This document shows, one piece after another, positions 10,209 to 18,971 of a stretch of DNA of 64,000 nucleotides. The DNA is from Candidatus Gottesmanbacteria bacterium (lineage in GTDB: Bacteria > Patescibacteriota > Microgenomatia > 2-02-FULL-39-11), in NCBI GenBank assembly GCA_016186795.1, contig JACPKY010000002.1, positions 218,593 through 282,592 of the forward strand, given 5' to 3'. The translations under genes and the position numbers were made by a program. The notes beneath the pieces were generated by a model. It was given only the letters and a program-made list of their open reading frames with translations, was not told where the DNA came from and did no database searches. Each line of letters opens with the position of its first letter. Within the stretch, counting starts at the first letter, position 1.

Positions 10209-10646
10209 TCATGGATTATAGCGAGATTTTTTTGAAAGTTTTGCAGTGAAAACTATTTCGCATACCTCACCCTTTTCATCCTCAATGGTATTTTGTCCGG
10301 AAAGTCGTTGGTACTCTTTTAGATAATCTGAAAGGGCATTTTCTAGCGTTTTCTTTTCCTCCCGAAGCGATTTAATCTTTTCTGAAATACCAAATACTTC
10401 CGGTCTTTTCATTATTTGAGCTTTTGTTGATTGTTTAATTTTTGCTGCTTCTTTTGCAGTTTCACTGTGTTTTACAAAAACTGTATCGTTTGCCAGGATA
10501 TCTTCCAACATTTCGTGTTGCTCCCTCGACACATTCTTAAGACGGTCAAGTGCGGACATATGACTTTTAATGAGGTTTTCAATATTGAGAAGAACTGTTG
10601 AGCCGTCGAGACTCGTCGTTTGAGAACTATTTGTATCAGTATTCAT
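10209..10646 (-). CDS. Hypothetical coiled-coil protein (145 aa)
   Basis: K/E-rich heptad-like sequence (EAAKIKQSTKAQIMK...LREEKKTLENALSDYLKEYQRL). No catalytic motif was recognised. Confidence 0.4.
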   Translation of the reverse strand: MNTDTNSSQTTSLDGSTVLLNIENLIKSHMSALDRLKNVSREQHEMLEDILANDTVFVKHSETAKEAAKIKQSTKAQIMKRPEVFGISEKIKSLREEKKTLENALSDYLKEYQRLSGQNTIEDEKGEVCEIVFTAKLSKKSRYNP

Positions 10647-10733
10647 ATGTAATCACTATACTGGAAAATTACAAAAGAGCGCAAGGGGAAAATTTCTCTC
10701 AACATCCGAGGGCGGTCTGTTGAAAGGGTGATA

Positions 10734-10916
10734 TTATAAGAGCGTTGACAGTGGTACCAATGGTTGCAATGGTGTAAGTGGCTCCAAAGGTATAAGCTTC
10801 GAAAGTGGCGTAAGACCAGTAACAATAAGGACAAGCAAAATAAATAAAAGTTGAAATGTATGAGATTTCAAATGTATCACCTCATTCCTTAAGAAATATT
10901 TGTTATTTATATCCAC
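10734..10916 (-). CDS. Putative small membrane peptide with an (X-P-L)n C-terminal repeat. The start codon is GTG and coding status is uncertain.
   Basis: 60-aa ORF with a predicted TM helix (LLFILLVLIVTGL) followed by TPL-SKL-IPL-EPL-TPL-QPL-VPL. The repeat is encoded by the 9-bp tandem repeat at 10751-10822. The ORF lies 57 nt downstream of the ABC exporter stop, on the same strand. Confidence 0.25.
   Translation of the reverse strand: MDINNKYFLRNEVIHLKSHTFQLLFILLVLIVTGLTPLSKLIPLEPLTPLQPLVPLSTLL
10751..10822. repeat. Degenerate 9-bp tandem repeat, about 8 units, consensus (a/g)TGG(t/c)NN(a/c)A on the plus strand
   Basis: Consecutive units, read directly from the sequence: gtggtacca, atggttgca, atggtgtaa, gtggctcca, aaggtataa, gcttcgaaa, gtggcgtaa, gaccagtaa. 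Confidence 0.6.
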
Positions 10917-10973
10917 TATACAAAAAATAACGATATCGAAGCAAGAGAAACAATCCGTCTCATTTTCACTGAC

Positions 10974-12794
10974 TTACCCGACGATGTCGAACTGTTTGAG
11001 GCGTTCATCAGGTTCGCCAGTTGGAGCTTTGATGAGACGCGCTTGAAGAGCAACGAGTTGAGCATACAATCCAGTTTTATCTCTCATAAGCTCATGTGCT
11101 GTACCGTACTGTCCGACCGTTCCCCCGGCAATGACCAAAATGTGATCTGCGTCAGCAATCGTGGATAATCTATGGGCAATTATTATTGATGTTCGATTAT
11201 GTAATAGTTCTTTCAGCCCCTTTTGAACTTCCATCTCCGCTTTACTATCAAGTGATGATGTTGCTTCATCTAAAATTATTATCGGTGCATTTTTTAGTAT
11301 TGCACGTGCAATTGCTATACGCTGTTTTTGTCCTCCAGAGAGTTTCACTCCACGTTCTCCGATTAAACTTTTGTAACCATACGGAAGACCGCGAATAAAT
11401 TCATGCGCATTTGCCGCTTTTGCTGCCTGGATAATTTCTGTATCTTTCGCAGATAGTTTGCCGTACCTGATATTTTCTATAATTGTTCCAGAAAAAAGAA
11501 GTGATTCCTGAAATACAACCGCAATGATTTGATGAAGCGATGCCTGCGAAACATAGGATATATCCTGGCTATTGATCTGGATAGTACCACTTTGCGGCTC
11601 ATAGTACCGCAGAAGAAGATTCACGATTGTTGATTTCCCTTGGCCACTCTCACCAACAAGCGCAAGTTTTTCCTGCGGTTTTATAGAAAAGGTAATTCCC
11701 GTAAGTACTTTTTTTCTTTCTTCATAGCCAAAGCTTATATCTTCAAAGGAAATAAATGCCTTCGACAGATCAAGTTTCTTGGGTATCCGAAGAGGTTTCG
11801 CACCCGTCTTATCAACAACATCATTTCGTGTTTCAAGGATTTTGAAAAAATCCGAGGAACCCGCGCCTGCCTGCTGTATTTGTCCTAAAATAAATGACAT
11901 GGCAAAAAGAGGAAATCTTGCTTGATTGACAAGCTGAAGAAGAAGTGTCATTTCCCCAATGGTGTACCGACCGACAAATGTCCAGTACACAATATATGCA
12001 AATATGGCAAAGAGGATAAGATTGAGAAAGAGTCGACGGATAAAATCGTATAGATGCCACTCCCGGGTTTGAGAAATTGCCAGATCTTCGATTTTTCCTC
12101 GGGTTTGTAAAAATGTCTTTAGCTCATGAATTTCAGCCGCAAATGCCTTGACGACACGGATTCCAGAGATACTCTCAAAGACTCGACCCTGAGATAGATC
12201 ATTCAACTGATTTTTCTGTGCTTCGTACTTCCCCCATGCAAGTGTTGAACCATGTGAAATGAGAATATAGATTGGGAAAAGAATAGCAAGAAGAACTGCA
12301 ATAAATAGCGAATACCGTGAAAGCAGGATAATCGTGACGAAAGCAGTTAAGAAGAAGGGGAGAAAATTATTGAGCATACTTTGTATAAATTCGGTAATGC
12401 TTGTTATGCCTCGATATAGTTTATTGACGATCTTTCCAGTGATTTCATTGTCATAATAGCCAATATTCAGCCCTAAGACATGCCGATAAAATTTCTCCGA
12501 TAGATACGTTTGAAGTCGCACACTAAGTCGATCCCCAATCCACTGGGAAAATGCAGTCAAAAACGTAATTGCAATATCCGTTGCGATAATTGCAGCAAGA
12601 AGAAAGTAAAATTGGGAGAAATTCACATTCGTACCACTAATTTTGGCGACAATGATATCCACGATATCTTTGGATAGAATCGGGGCAACAAGAGAAAGAA
12701 GAGAAGTCAGAACAACAAAAAACCCCATATAGAGGTACCATTTCCATAAGTGTTTCGTAAATGAAATTATTTTAAATATTGAACCCATAAACAC
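10974..12794 (-). CDS. ABC exporter with fused permease and ATPase (MsbA/multidrug type, 606 aa)
   Basis: N-terminal 6-TM domain. Walker A GESGQGKST, ABC signature LSGGQKQRIAIARA and Walker B IIILDEATSSLD. There is no N-terminal C39 peptidase domain. Confidence 0.85.
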   Translation of the reverse strand: MFMGSIFKIISFTKHLWKWYLYMGFFVVLTSLLSLVAPILSKDIVDIIVAKISGTNVNFSQFYFLLAAIIATDIAITFLTAFSQWIGDRLSVRLQTYLSEKFYRHVLGLNIGYYDNEITGKIVNKLYRGITSITEFIQSMLNNFLPFFLTAFVTIILLSRYSLFIAVLLAILFPIYILISHGSTLAWGKYEAQKNQLNDLSQGRVFESISGIRVVKAFAAEIHELKTFLQTRGKIEDLAISQTREWHLYDFIRRLFLNLILFAIFAYIVYWTFVGRYTIGEMTLLLQLVNQARFPLFAMSFILGQIQQAGAGSSDFFKILETRNDVVDKTGAKPLRIPKKLDLSKAFISFEDISFGYEERKKVLTGITFSIKPQEKLALVGESGQGKSTIVNLLLRYYEPQSGTIQINSQDISYVSQASLHQIIAVVFQESLLFSGTIIENIRYGKLSAKDTEIIQAAKAANAHEFIRGLPYGYKSLIGERGVKLSGGQKQRIAIARAILKNAPIIILDEATSSLDSKAEMEVQKGLKELLHNRTSIIIAHRLSTIADADHILVIAGGTVGQYGTAHELMRDKTGLYAQLVALQARLIKAPTGEPDERLKQFDIVG

Positions 12795-12860
12795 CTTGTA
12801 TTATAGCCTATTAGAACTCGTTGCTCGACAGAGGAAAAAATCTTTGTTACCATACGGTCA

Positions 12861-13130
12861 ATGTTGACGCAAATAATTGTTGGGGAGACATATCGTGACG
12901 TGAAATACCACGGGCAAGTGAAGTATTTTATCTTTGAATGTAATGAGTGCCACAAACGTTTTGAGCGACTTGAAAGTTATTTCTCAAAACAGCTGAAGAA
13001 GCGTTCCAATGCATGCTGTTTTTGTTCCCCGCTTTGTCGTGCCCGATTTATTAATACTCAAGTGAAAGTCACGCACGTTCCCCCAAAGACGAATTTTTTC
13101 AAAACGGTTCTTGAAGAATTACTCCGTTAA
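12861..13130 (+). CDS. Small Cys-rich (zinc-ribbon-like) hypothetical protein
   Basis: 89 aa with the Cys pattern C-x2-C (FECNECH) ... CC-x-C-x3-C (ACCFCSPLC). Its stop codon overlaps the convergent DedA stop through a shared TTAA. Confidence 0.35.
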   Translation: MLTQIIVGETYRDVKYHGQVKYFIFECNECHKRFERLESYFSKQLKKRSNACCFCSPLCRARFINTQVKVTHVPPKTNFFKTVLEELLR

Positions 13131-13852
13131 TCGGAAAGATGTTTTTTGTGGAAGGTCTTTTCAATTGATTCAAAATCAACTGATTCAGCCGTTGCAGCTT
13201 TTTTCTCTTTCAAATGTTTTACATACTCTGCACCAACGGGTACAAGTGAGAGCGCAACTATTATTATGACAGTGTAGTGAAAATTCTCTCTAACGAATGA
13301 AATATTCCCAAACAGATAACCTCCAAGCGTAAAAAGAAGCACCCACGCTACTGCCCCAATGAGGTTATAGCTTAAGAATTGTCCGTAGTGCATTCGTCCA
13401 ACCCCTGCAACAAACGGGGCAAACGTACGGATAATTGGGATAAAACGGGCGAGGATAATGGTTTTCCCACCATGTTTTGAGTAAAATTTCCTCGTTTTTT
13501 CCAAATATTCCGGTTTGAAGATTTTTGAATTTTTCTTATTAAAAACTTTTGGACCAAAGAAATGACCAATCCAGTAATTGACAGTATCTCCCAGAATAGC
13601 TGCTAGAATAAGGAAAATCAAAAGCGTTTGAATGTGTAGTATTCCTGCACCCGACAGCGTACCGGCAACAAAAAGGAGCGAATCTCCCGGTAGAAAAGGA
13701 GTCACAACAAACCCAGTTTCCAAAAAAATGATCAGGAAAAGCAGTCCATACGCGAATATGCCATATTGGGTAACTATATTTGCAAGATGTGTATCAAGAT
13801 GAAGAAAAAGATCAAGTGCGGCTTTGAAAAGTTCCATTTTGCTATTATACAA
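13127..13852 (-). CDS. DedA/VTT-domain (SNARE-associated) membrane protein
   Basis: FLETGFVVTPFLPGDSLLFVAGTL, then GKTIILARFIPIIRTFAPFVAGVGRM, the characteristic DedA re-entrant loop motifs. Confidence 0.8.
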   Translation of the reverse strand: MYNSKMELFKAALDLFLHLDTHLANIVTQYGIFAYGLLFLIIFLETGFVVTPFLPGDSLLFVAGTLSGAGILHIQTLLIFLILAAILGDTVNYWIGHFFGPKVFNKKNSKIFKPEYLEKTRKFYSKHGGKTIILARFIPIIRTFAPFVAGVGRMHYGQFLSYNLIGAVAWVLLFTLGGYLFGNISFVRENFHYTVIIIVALSLVPVGAEYVKHLKEKKAATAESVDFESIEKTFHKKHLSD

Positions 13853-13869
13853 TAAACGAAGACCGTGAC

Positions 13870-15687
13870 TTATGACTCCCGTTTGGCTCGTTTGCGATCA
13901 ACTCGTTTGAGATAATATTTTCGCAGGCGAAGAGACTTCGGAGTTATTTCCAAAAGTTCATCATCTTCAATAAAATCGAGACACTGCTCAAGAGTTAATC
14001 GCAAAGGAGGATCAAGTTGAATTGCTGCATCGGAATTTTCCGTATGCATATTGGTCAATTTTTTTGTTTTGCATACATTAATATCCATATCGTCAAACCT
14101 ATTATTAAGCCCAATGATCATCCCTTCGTATACTGATTCTCCAGGAGCGATGAACGTAACACCGCGTGCTTCAACAGTCTGAAGAGCATAGGCGGATGCG
14201 ATACCTTTCTCAAATGCGATAAGTGCTCCTCCACGAAGTTTTGGGATGTACTCTTCAACTTTTCGATAGCCGATAAATCGTGTTGCAAACAATCCATTCC
14301 CCGAAGTTTTTGCAAGTAATAAACTACGCAGTCCCATGAGATTGCGGCTGGATATGGTAAAGTGAAACCGGGTAGAAAGTGCATTGGTTGCTTTCATATC
14401 CAGAAGTGATCCTCGTCTGCGGCCAATTTCTTCAACAACCGTCCCTATAAATTCTTGGCTAACTTCAATTGTGACCTCCTCAAACGGCTCAAGCGTTTCA
14501 CCGTTTTCGCTTCGGAAAATTATTTTTGGTTTCCCAACCTGCATCTCATAACCTTCCCTGCGGAGAGTTTCTAATAGGATAGAAAGATGTAATTCTCCTC
14601 TTCCAGAAATATCAAATCCGGAGGTGGAACTGGTAGAAAGTTTTAGTCCTATATTTGTTTTCATTTCCGCGTTGAGTCTCTGCTCAAGTTGACTGGAAGT
14701 GGAAAATTTACCCTCGAGACCGGCAAGAGGTGATGAGTTGGCACTGACGGTAATTTTTAGTGTCGGTTCGCCAAGTTTAATTGTGGGAAATCCTGTTGGA
14801 TCAATTGGATCTGTCAAAGTTTGGCCAATGGTAACATCGGGAATTCCAGTCACGGCAATAATATCGCCGGTTTGCGATTTCGGAATTTCTACTTTCGTAA
14901 GGCCCACGCTTGTAAAAACATGGGCAATTTTGTATGTTCCAATCGCTTTGTCATGTGACAAAAGAAGTACGTTATCACCAGATTTTACGATTCCCTGAGA
15001 AACTTTCCCAATTGCGTACGTTCCCTTGTAACTATCAAAATCAAGGGTCGAGACAAGCATTTTAAACGGCTTTTCAGAAAGCGCTTTCGGCTTTGGAATA
15101 CTTTCTAGAATTTTTTCAAATAATGGGCAGAGATCTGCCGGTTCACGTATATCTTTTGGATACCGATCCCATGCTTTTCCTTCTCTGCCAATTGCGTATA
15201 CCACGGAATAGTTAAGATGCGAATCATCTGTTGCCACGCGAAGAATAAGTTCTTCGACATCTTTCAGAACTACTGGTGGTCTCGCATCTTTCCGATCGAT
15301 TTTATTCACTACAACGATTAGTGGGAGGTTATTTTCGAGTGCTTTTTCCAACACAAATTGAGTCTGTGCCAAAGGACCTTCAGCACTATCAACAATCAGA
15401 AGTGCTCCATCGGCCATATTAATTACCCGTTCAACTTCACCGCTGAAATCTGCATGCCCAGGAGTATCAATGATGTTGATTTTTGTATTTTTGTAGACAA
15501 TTGCCGTATTTTTGGCAAGGATGGTGATACCCTTTTCTCGTTCAAGTTCGTTTCGATCAAGAATAGTCGTTTGAGCCATCTCAGCCTGATTATCGCGAAA
15601 TGTATGGGTCTGTTTGAGCATTCCGTCGACAAGCGTTGTTTTGCCATGATCGACATGGGCGATGATTGCAATGTTTCGTATTTCCAT
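13870..15687 (-). CDS. typA: Translational GTPase TypA/BipA
   Basis: [26 protein letters not shown] and NKIDR GTPase motifs. The length (605 aa) and the EF-G-like C-terminal domains fit TypA. Confidence 0.9.
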   Translation of the reverse strand: MEIRNIAIIAHVDHGKTTLVDGMLKQTHTFRDNQAEMAQTTILDRNELEREKGITILAKNTAIVYKNTKINIIDTPGHADFSGEVERVINMADGALLIVDSAEGPLAQTQFVLEKALENNLPLIVVVNKIDRKDARPPVVLKDVEELILRVATDDSHLNYSVVYAIGREGKAWDRYPKDIREPADLCPLFEKILESIPKPKALSEKPFKMLVSTLDFDSYKGTYAIGKVSQGIVKSGDNVLLLSHDKAIGTYKIAHVFTSVGLTKVEIPKSQTGDIIAVTGIPDVTIGQTLTDPIDPTGFPTIKLGEPTLKITVSANSSPLAGLEGKFSTSSQLEQRLNAEMKTNIGLKLSTSSTSGFDISGRGELHLSILLETLRREGYEMQVGKPKIIFRSENGETLEPFEEVTIEVSQEFIGTVVEEIGRRRGSLLDMKATNALSTRFHFTISSRNLMGLRSLLLAKTSGNGLFATRFIGYRKVEEYIPKLRGGALIAFEKGIASAYALQTVEARGVTFIAPGESVYEGMIIGLNNRFDDMDINVCKTKKLTNMHTENSDAAIQLDPPLRLTLEQCLDFIEDDELLEITPKSLRLRKYYLKRVDRKRAKRES

Positions 15688-15724
15688 AAAAAAAGAAATG
15701 ACCCGCTCAATCGTCCAAGCGGGT
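15688..15724 (-). terminator. Putative intrinsic terminator hairpin with a U-tract, sitting directly at the typA start codon
   Basis: Minus-strand RNA reads acccgcu-uggacgauug-agcgggu then cauuucuuuuuuu then AUG: a 7-bp stem (5 of 7 G:C), a 10-nt loop and a U-run. Confidence 0.35.
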
Positions 15725-15762
15725 TTGCTGGCAGACTAGTAGACTACATGAATAAGGGGTGT

Positions 15763-15771
15763 ATTATATCA
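15763..15771 (-). promoter_or_regulatory. Candidate extended -10 promoter element (TGaTATAAT) for the typA leader
   Basis: Minus-strand tgatataat sits ~75 nt upstream of the typA ATG. The -35 is weak. By eye only. Confidence 0.25.
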
Positions 15772-15835
15772 TTTTTACACTTACAGGAGAATATCCAAAA
15801 TTGAGTAGATACAAAAGGAAGTGAATTGTTTTAAT

Positions 15836-16069
15836 TTATTGACTAATAATTTTATCACGGATAAATTGTCGAAAACCATTCTTTAACGCTTGAGATAGGT
15901 CATAGGAAGTATATGACATAGTTGGTGGCACCTGGTTTGAAGGAAAATAGTCAGACGTTGATGAAGGAGTCGGACTGTTCGTAACTCGCCTCTCTCCAGA
16001 TGCAACACCTGTTAACAAACTTGCAGCAATGCCGAAACTTATTATTGATGGGTAAACTGTTTTTTTCAT
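15836..16069 (-). CDS. Small secreted hypothetical protein (about 77 aa with a signal peptide)
   Basis: From the internal Met: MKKTVYPSIISFGIAASLLTGVASG (n-region, h-region, small residues), then a Ser/Thr/Pro-rich tail. The track ORF starts 8 codons earlier at 16093. Confidence 0.3.
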   Translation of the reverse strand: MKKTVYPSIISFGIAASLLTGVASGERRVTNSPTPSSTSDYFPSNQVPPTMSYTSYDLSQALKNGFRQFIRDKIISQ

Positions 16070-16154
16070 ACTAAAGAACCAAAAAACCGCCACTTTGGCA
16101 GGGTTAATTAGATTATAAAATCAAAAAATGGGGAAACAAGATACACCAAGTAGA

Positions 16155-17294
16155 TCAAAGATGTTCAGAGTGTATAAATCTTCTTCGCCAGAGGAATTTT
16201 TTCCCAATGTCGAGAAAAATAGAAAAAATAATTAGTATTCCTGTCACGAAAACCAAATTCTTCATAAAAATTGGTACTGTGCAAACCGCAGAACACGAAA
16301 GTTGAAGCTGTGACAATAAGGGCTGATGAAGAAGATACATTTCGTACGAATAAACGCCAATAAGATTTACAAGTATAAAGGGACCACTATACAGTATCGG
16401 AAGAAAATTTTTGTTCATAGTTTGCAGCGAAAAGTTCTTGGGAAAAAGAGGCAGAATGATATTCATCAAAAGAATAAATCCAATTGGAAGAAGAATAAGA
16501 AGATGCTGCTCCCGTATCAGTTGGGATGAGGATTCATACGCATAAATACTGCTTACTACGTAAAACGCAGTAAAGAGCGTAAAGAGAAGGATAGTAAGAA
16601 GCAACCGAAATCGAATATCGTGCACTTTAAGGATTCTGAGTACATCACTTTGAACCATCGCTAAAAACATTCCAGACAAGAAGATATCAATGTTTGATAG
16701 TACCGATGAGTACATATACTCATACGAAACGTGTGGTTGTATTTGCCACTTGAGTACAGAACCAATAAGAAGGGGAATAAGAAGAAAAAGAAGGCGAATT
16801 TTCTTTTTTTGTTTCTTTGCAATTTTTATGATGAAAAATCCAAGTGGAGTAAGAAGGTATAACTGCATGAGTGTTGAGATAAACCATAAATAACTGCTGG
16901 AATAAAGATGTACCTGGGGAGTTGCGGTGAATGTAAGTAAATGGAAAAGATCGGCAAGTCGTGAAGTGATAGATGACGAAGTTTGCAAAAAAAGGTATGA
17001 AACAATCAAAAAGTAGAGTGGTACAATTCTTCTTACTCTTTTCCAATAAAAAAGTAAAACCCCGTTTTTGGTGAGCGTGTATCTGCCATCAAGGTACCCT
17101 TTTGCCAAAACAAATCCCGAGAGAAAGAAAAATGATCGAATTGCAACGTGCCCAATTGCGGTAAGAAGGTAACCAGTAAGAGAAGTTATTACCGGTGCCG
17201 GTATTGGCAAATGAATAATAAGGATGATAAGAAGTGAGATGCCACGGATAAGCGTTACTGCATCATAGGAAAAAATTTGAAACCGTAGGTTCAT
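16155..17294 (-). CDS. Acyltransferase family 3 (OafA-like) integral membrane protein, tentative
   Basis: 379 aa with ~10 TM helices. The N-terminal LIRGISLLIILIIHL resembles the acyltransferase_3 'lRgiA.l.VvlyH' start motif. Confidence 0.45.
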   Translation of the reverse strand: MNLRFQIFSYDAVTLIRGISLLIILIIHLPIPAPVITSLTGYLLTAIGHVAIRSFFFLSGFVLAKGYLDGRYTLTKNGVLLFYWKRVRRIVPLYFLIVSYLFLQTSSSITSRLADLFHLLTFTATPQVHLYSSSYLWFISTLMQLYLLTPLGFFIIKIAKKQKKKIRLLFLLIPLLIGSVLKWQIQPHVSYEYMYSSVLSNIDIFLSGMFLAMVQSDVLRILKVHDIRFRLLLTILLFTLFTAFYVVSSIYAYESSSQLIREQHLLILLPIGFILLMNIILPLFPKNFSLQTMNKNFLPILYSGPFILVNLIGVYSYEMYLLHQPLLSQLQLSCSAVCTVPIFMKNLVFVTGILIIFSIFLDIGKKFLWRRRFIHSEHL

Positions 17295-17399
17295 CGATCA
17301 AGGAAAAACATAACACTTTGATAAATTGTCTTTAAATTATATTATACCGTGATAAGAATCACATAGAAACTTGACCTGTAAGAGTACAATGTAGCAATC

Positions 17400-18896
17400 A
17401 TGATCAACAAATTAATCAGTGTATTTTCAGGGTCCAATAAAGTATCTATTTCTCCTCGGCCATATATCAACCATTCTGTAGAATTTAAAAAATCCAATAC
17501 ACCGGAAGAACGAATGAAGACGTTAGAAAAAGTCGGTCTCAATGTATTTTTCTTTCCATCGGAAATGATTACTGGTTGTGATTTTCTTTCCGATTCAGGA
17601 ACAACCACGATGACAAATGAGCAGTGGGCAGCACTTCATTTAGGTGATGAGGCTTACGGTTCAAATCGCGGGTATTTTCGATTACGAGAGCAGATACTAA
17701 AAACTTTTGGGAATGACTTTTTTAATCCTCCGGAAAAGGGGAAGCCAAACGCCTTTCTTTTTCATCAAGGCCGTGCTTGCGAAAATGCCCTCTTCTCCAT
17801 AATTGGTCAAATGGGCACCAATTTGATAATTCCAAGTAATGGTCACTTTGACACAACACAGGCAAACATTGAAGCCAATCATATCACTCCAATAAACCTT
17901 TTTTCCCTGGAATTTAAAAATGGAGACGAAAAATTCCGATTTAAAGGCAATATGGATATTCTCGCTTTAAAAAAATTGATAAAGGAAAAGTATAACAGTA
18001 TCCCGATTCTTTACCTGACAATCACCAATAATACGGGCGGAGGTCAACCTGTTTCTTTAGCCAATATAAGGGAGGTGTCGGAAATTGCCCATCACGCGAA
18101 GATTCCTTTGTTTTTTGATGCCTGCCGTTTTGCGGAGAATGCTTGGTTTATCCGAAAGTACGAAAAAGGATACAGTCAAAAAAGCATCAGGGCAATCGTT
18201 CTAGAAATGTTTTCCTATATTGATGGATTTACCATAAGTTTCAAGAAAGACGGTTTGGTAAACATGGGTGGGGGTCTTTTTATAAAAAATACTGGACTTT
18301 TTACGAAAAAATATCCGCATCTTATCGATGCCATAATGAATTTTCAAATCAGAACGGAAGGTCACCCCTCCTATGGTGGCCTGTCAGGAAGAGATATTAT
18401 GACATTGACGGTAGGATTAAAAACAGTAATGACTGATGAGTATCTTAATTACCGAATCAATCAGGTTATAACTTTTGGCGAGGAAATGAAAAATGCAGGA
18501 TTACCTGTCCAAATGCCTATTGGTGGGCATGCGGTTTATCTGAATGTCAATAAATTTTATGCGGGGACAAAAATGCGAGGGGAAGATTTCGGAGGCATCT
18601 CTTTGACTGCACTTTTATTGGGTTTATACGGGCACCGAGCATGTGAATTGGGATATTTTGCTTTCGGCAAATATAATCCAAACACCAGAAAAGAAATTCA
18701 TCCGGAAGTTAATTTTGTCAGATTTGCTGTTCCCCGCCTTCGGTATGAGAGGCAAGATTTATCTGCTGCGATAGTTGCGGTAAAAGCTCTTCATGATAAG
18801 CGGGATAAAATTCCTCCAGTGAAAGTGGTATACGGTCGGGATTTACCGCTGCGTCACTTCAAAGCCAGATTTCAATTCTTGCCAAAATTCCATTAG
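17400..18896 (+). CDS. tnaA: Tryptophanase / tyrosine phenol-lyase (PLP-dependent beta-eliminating lyase)
   Basis: DFLSDSGTTTMTNEQWAALHLGDEAYGS, FLFHQGRACE, NGHFDTTQAN, TNNTGGGQPVS, FFDACRFAENAWFI and the PLP-lysine region ISFKKDGLVNMGGGL all align with TnaA/TPL conserved blocks. Confidence 0.75.
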   Translation: MINKLISVFSGSNKVSISPRPYINHSVEFKKSNTPEERMKTLEKVGLNVFFFPSEMITGCDFLSDSGTTTMTNEQWAALHLGDEAYGSNRGYFRLREQILKTFGNDFFNPPEKGKPNAFLFHQGRACENALFSIIGQMGTNLIIPSNGHFDTTQANIEANHITPINLFSLEFKNGDEKFRFKGNMDILALKKLIKEKYNSIPILYLTITNNTGGGQPVSLANIREVSEIAHHAKIPLFFDACRFAENAWFIRKYEKGYSQKSIRAIVLEMFSYIDGFTISFKKDGLVNMGGGLFIKNTGLFTKKYPHLIDAIMNFQIRTEGHPSYGGLSGRDIMTLTVGLKTVMTDEYLNYRINQVITFGEEMKNAGLPVQMPIGGHAVYLNVNKFYAGTKMRGEDFGGISLTALLLGLYGHRACELGYFAFGKYNPNTRKEIHPEVNFVRFAVPRLRYERQDLSAAIVAVKALHDKRDKIPPVKVVYGRDLPLRHFKARFQFLPKFH

Positions 18897-18970
18897 TACC
18901 CCCAAGGGGATTCGAACCCCTGATTTACTGGCTGAAAACCAGTCGTCCTGGACCGCTAGACGATGGGGGC
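18897..18970 (-). tRNA. tRNA-Glu (anticodon UUC), 74 nt, no encoded 3' CCA
   Basis: Minus-strand read GCCCCCAUCGUCUAGCGGUCCAGGACGACUGGUUUUCAGCCAGUAAAUCAGGGGUUCGAAUCCCCUUGGGGGUA. The cloverleaf folds with a 7-bp acceptor (one G-U), anticodon loop UUUUCAG and T-loop UUCGAAU. Confidence 0.8.
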
Positions 18971-18971
18971 T

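Noticed and set aside
10643-10834. Alternative 63-aa minus-strand frame over the 9-bp repeat (His/Cys/Trp-rich), and a collagen-like Gly-X-Y reading on the plus strand
   Set aside because: The minus alternative overlaps the better-positioned GTG ORF and the 145-aa gene start. The plus-strand G-X-Y frame has no start codon and is closed by a stop 2 codons upstream. Both are treated as by-products of the period-9 DNA repeat.
15358-15804. 148-aa plus-strand ORF overlapping the typA 5' end and leader
   Set aside because: It is antisense to typA over most of its length and Cys/Phe/Asn-rich. The region is better explained as the typA N-terminus plus the 5' leader with its hairpin.
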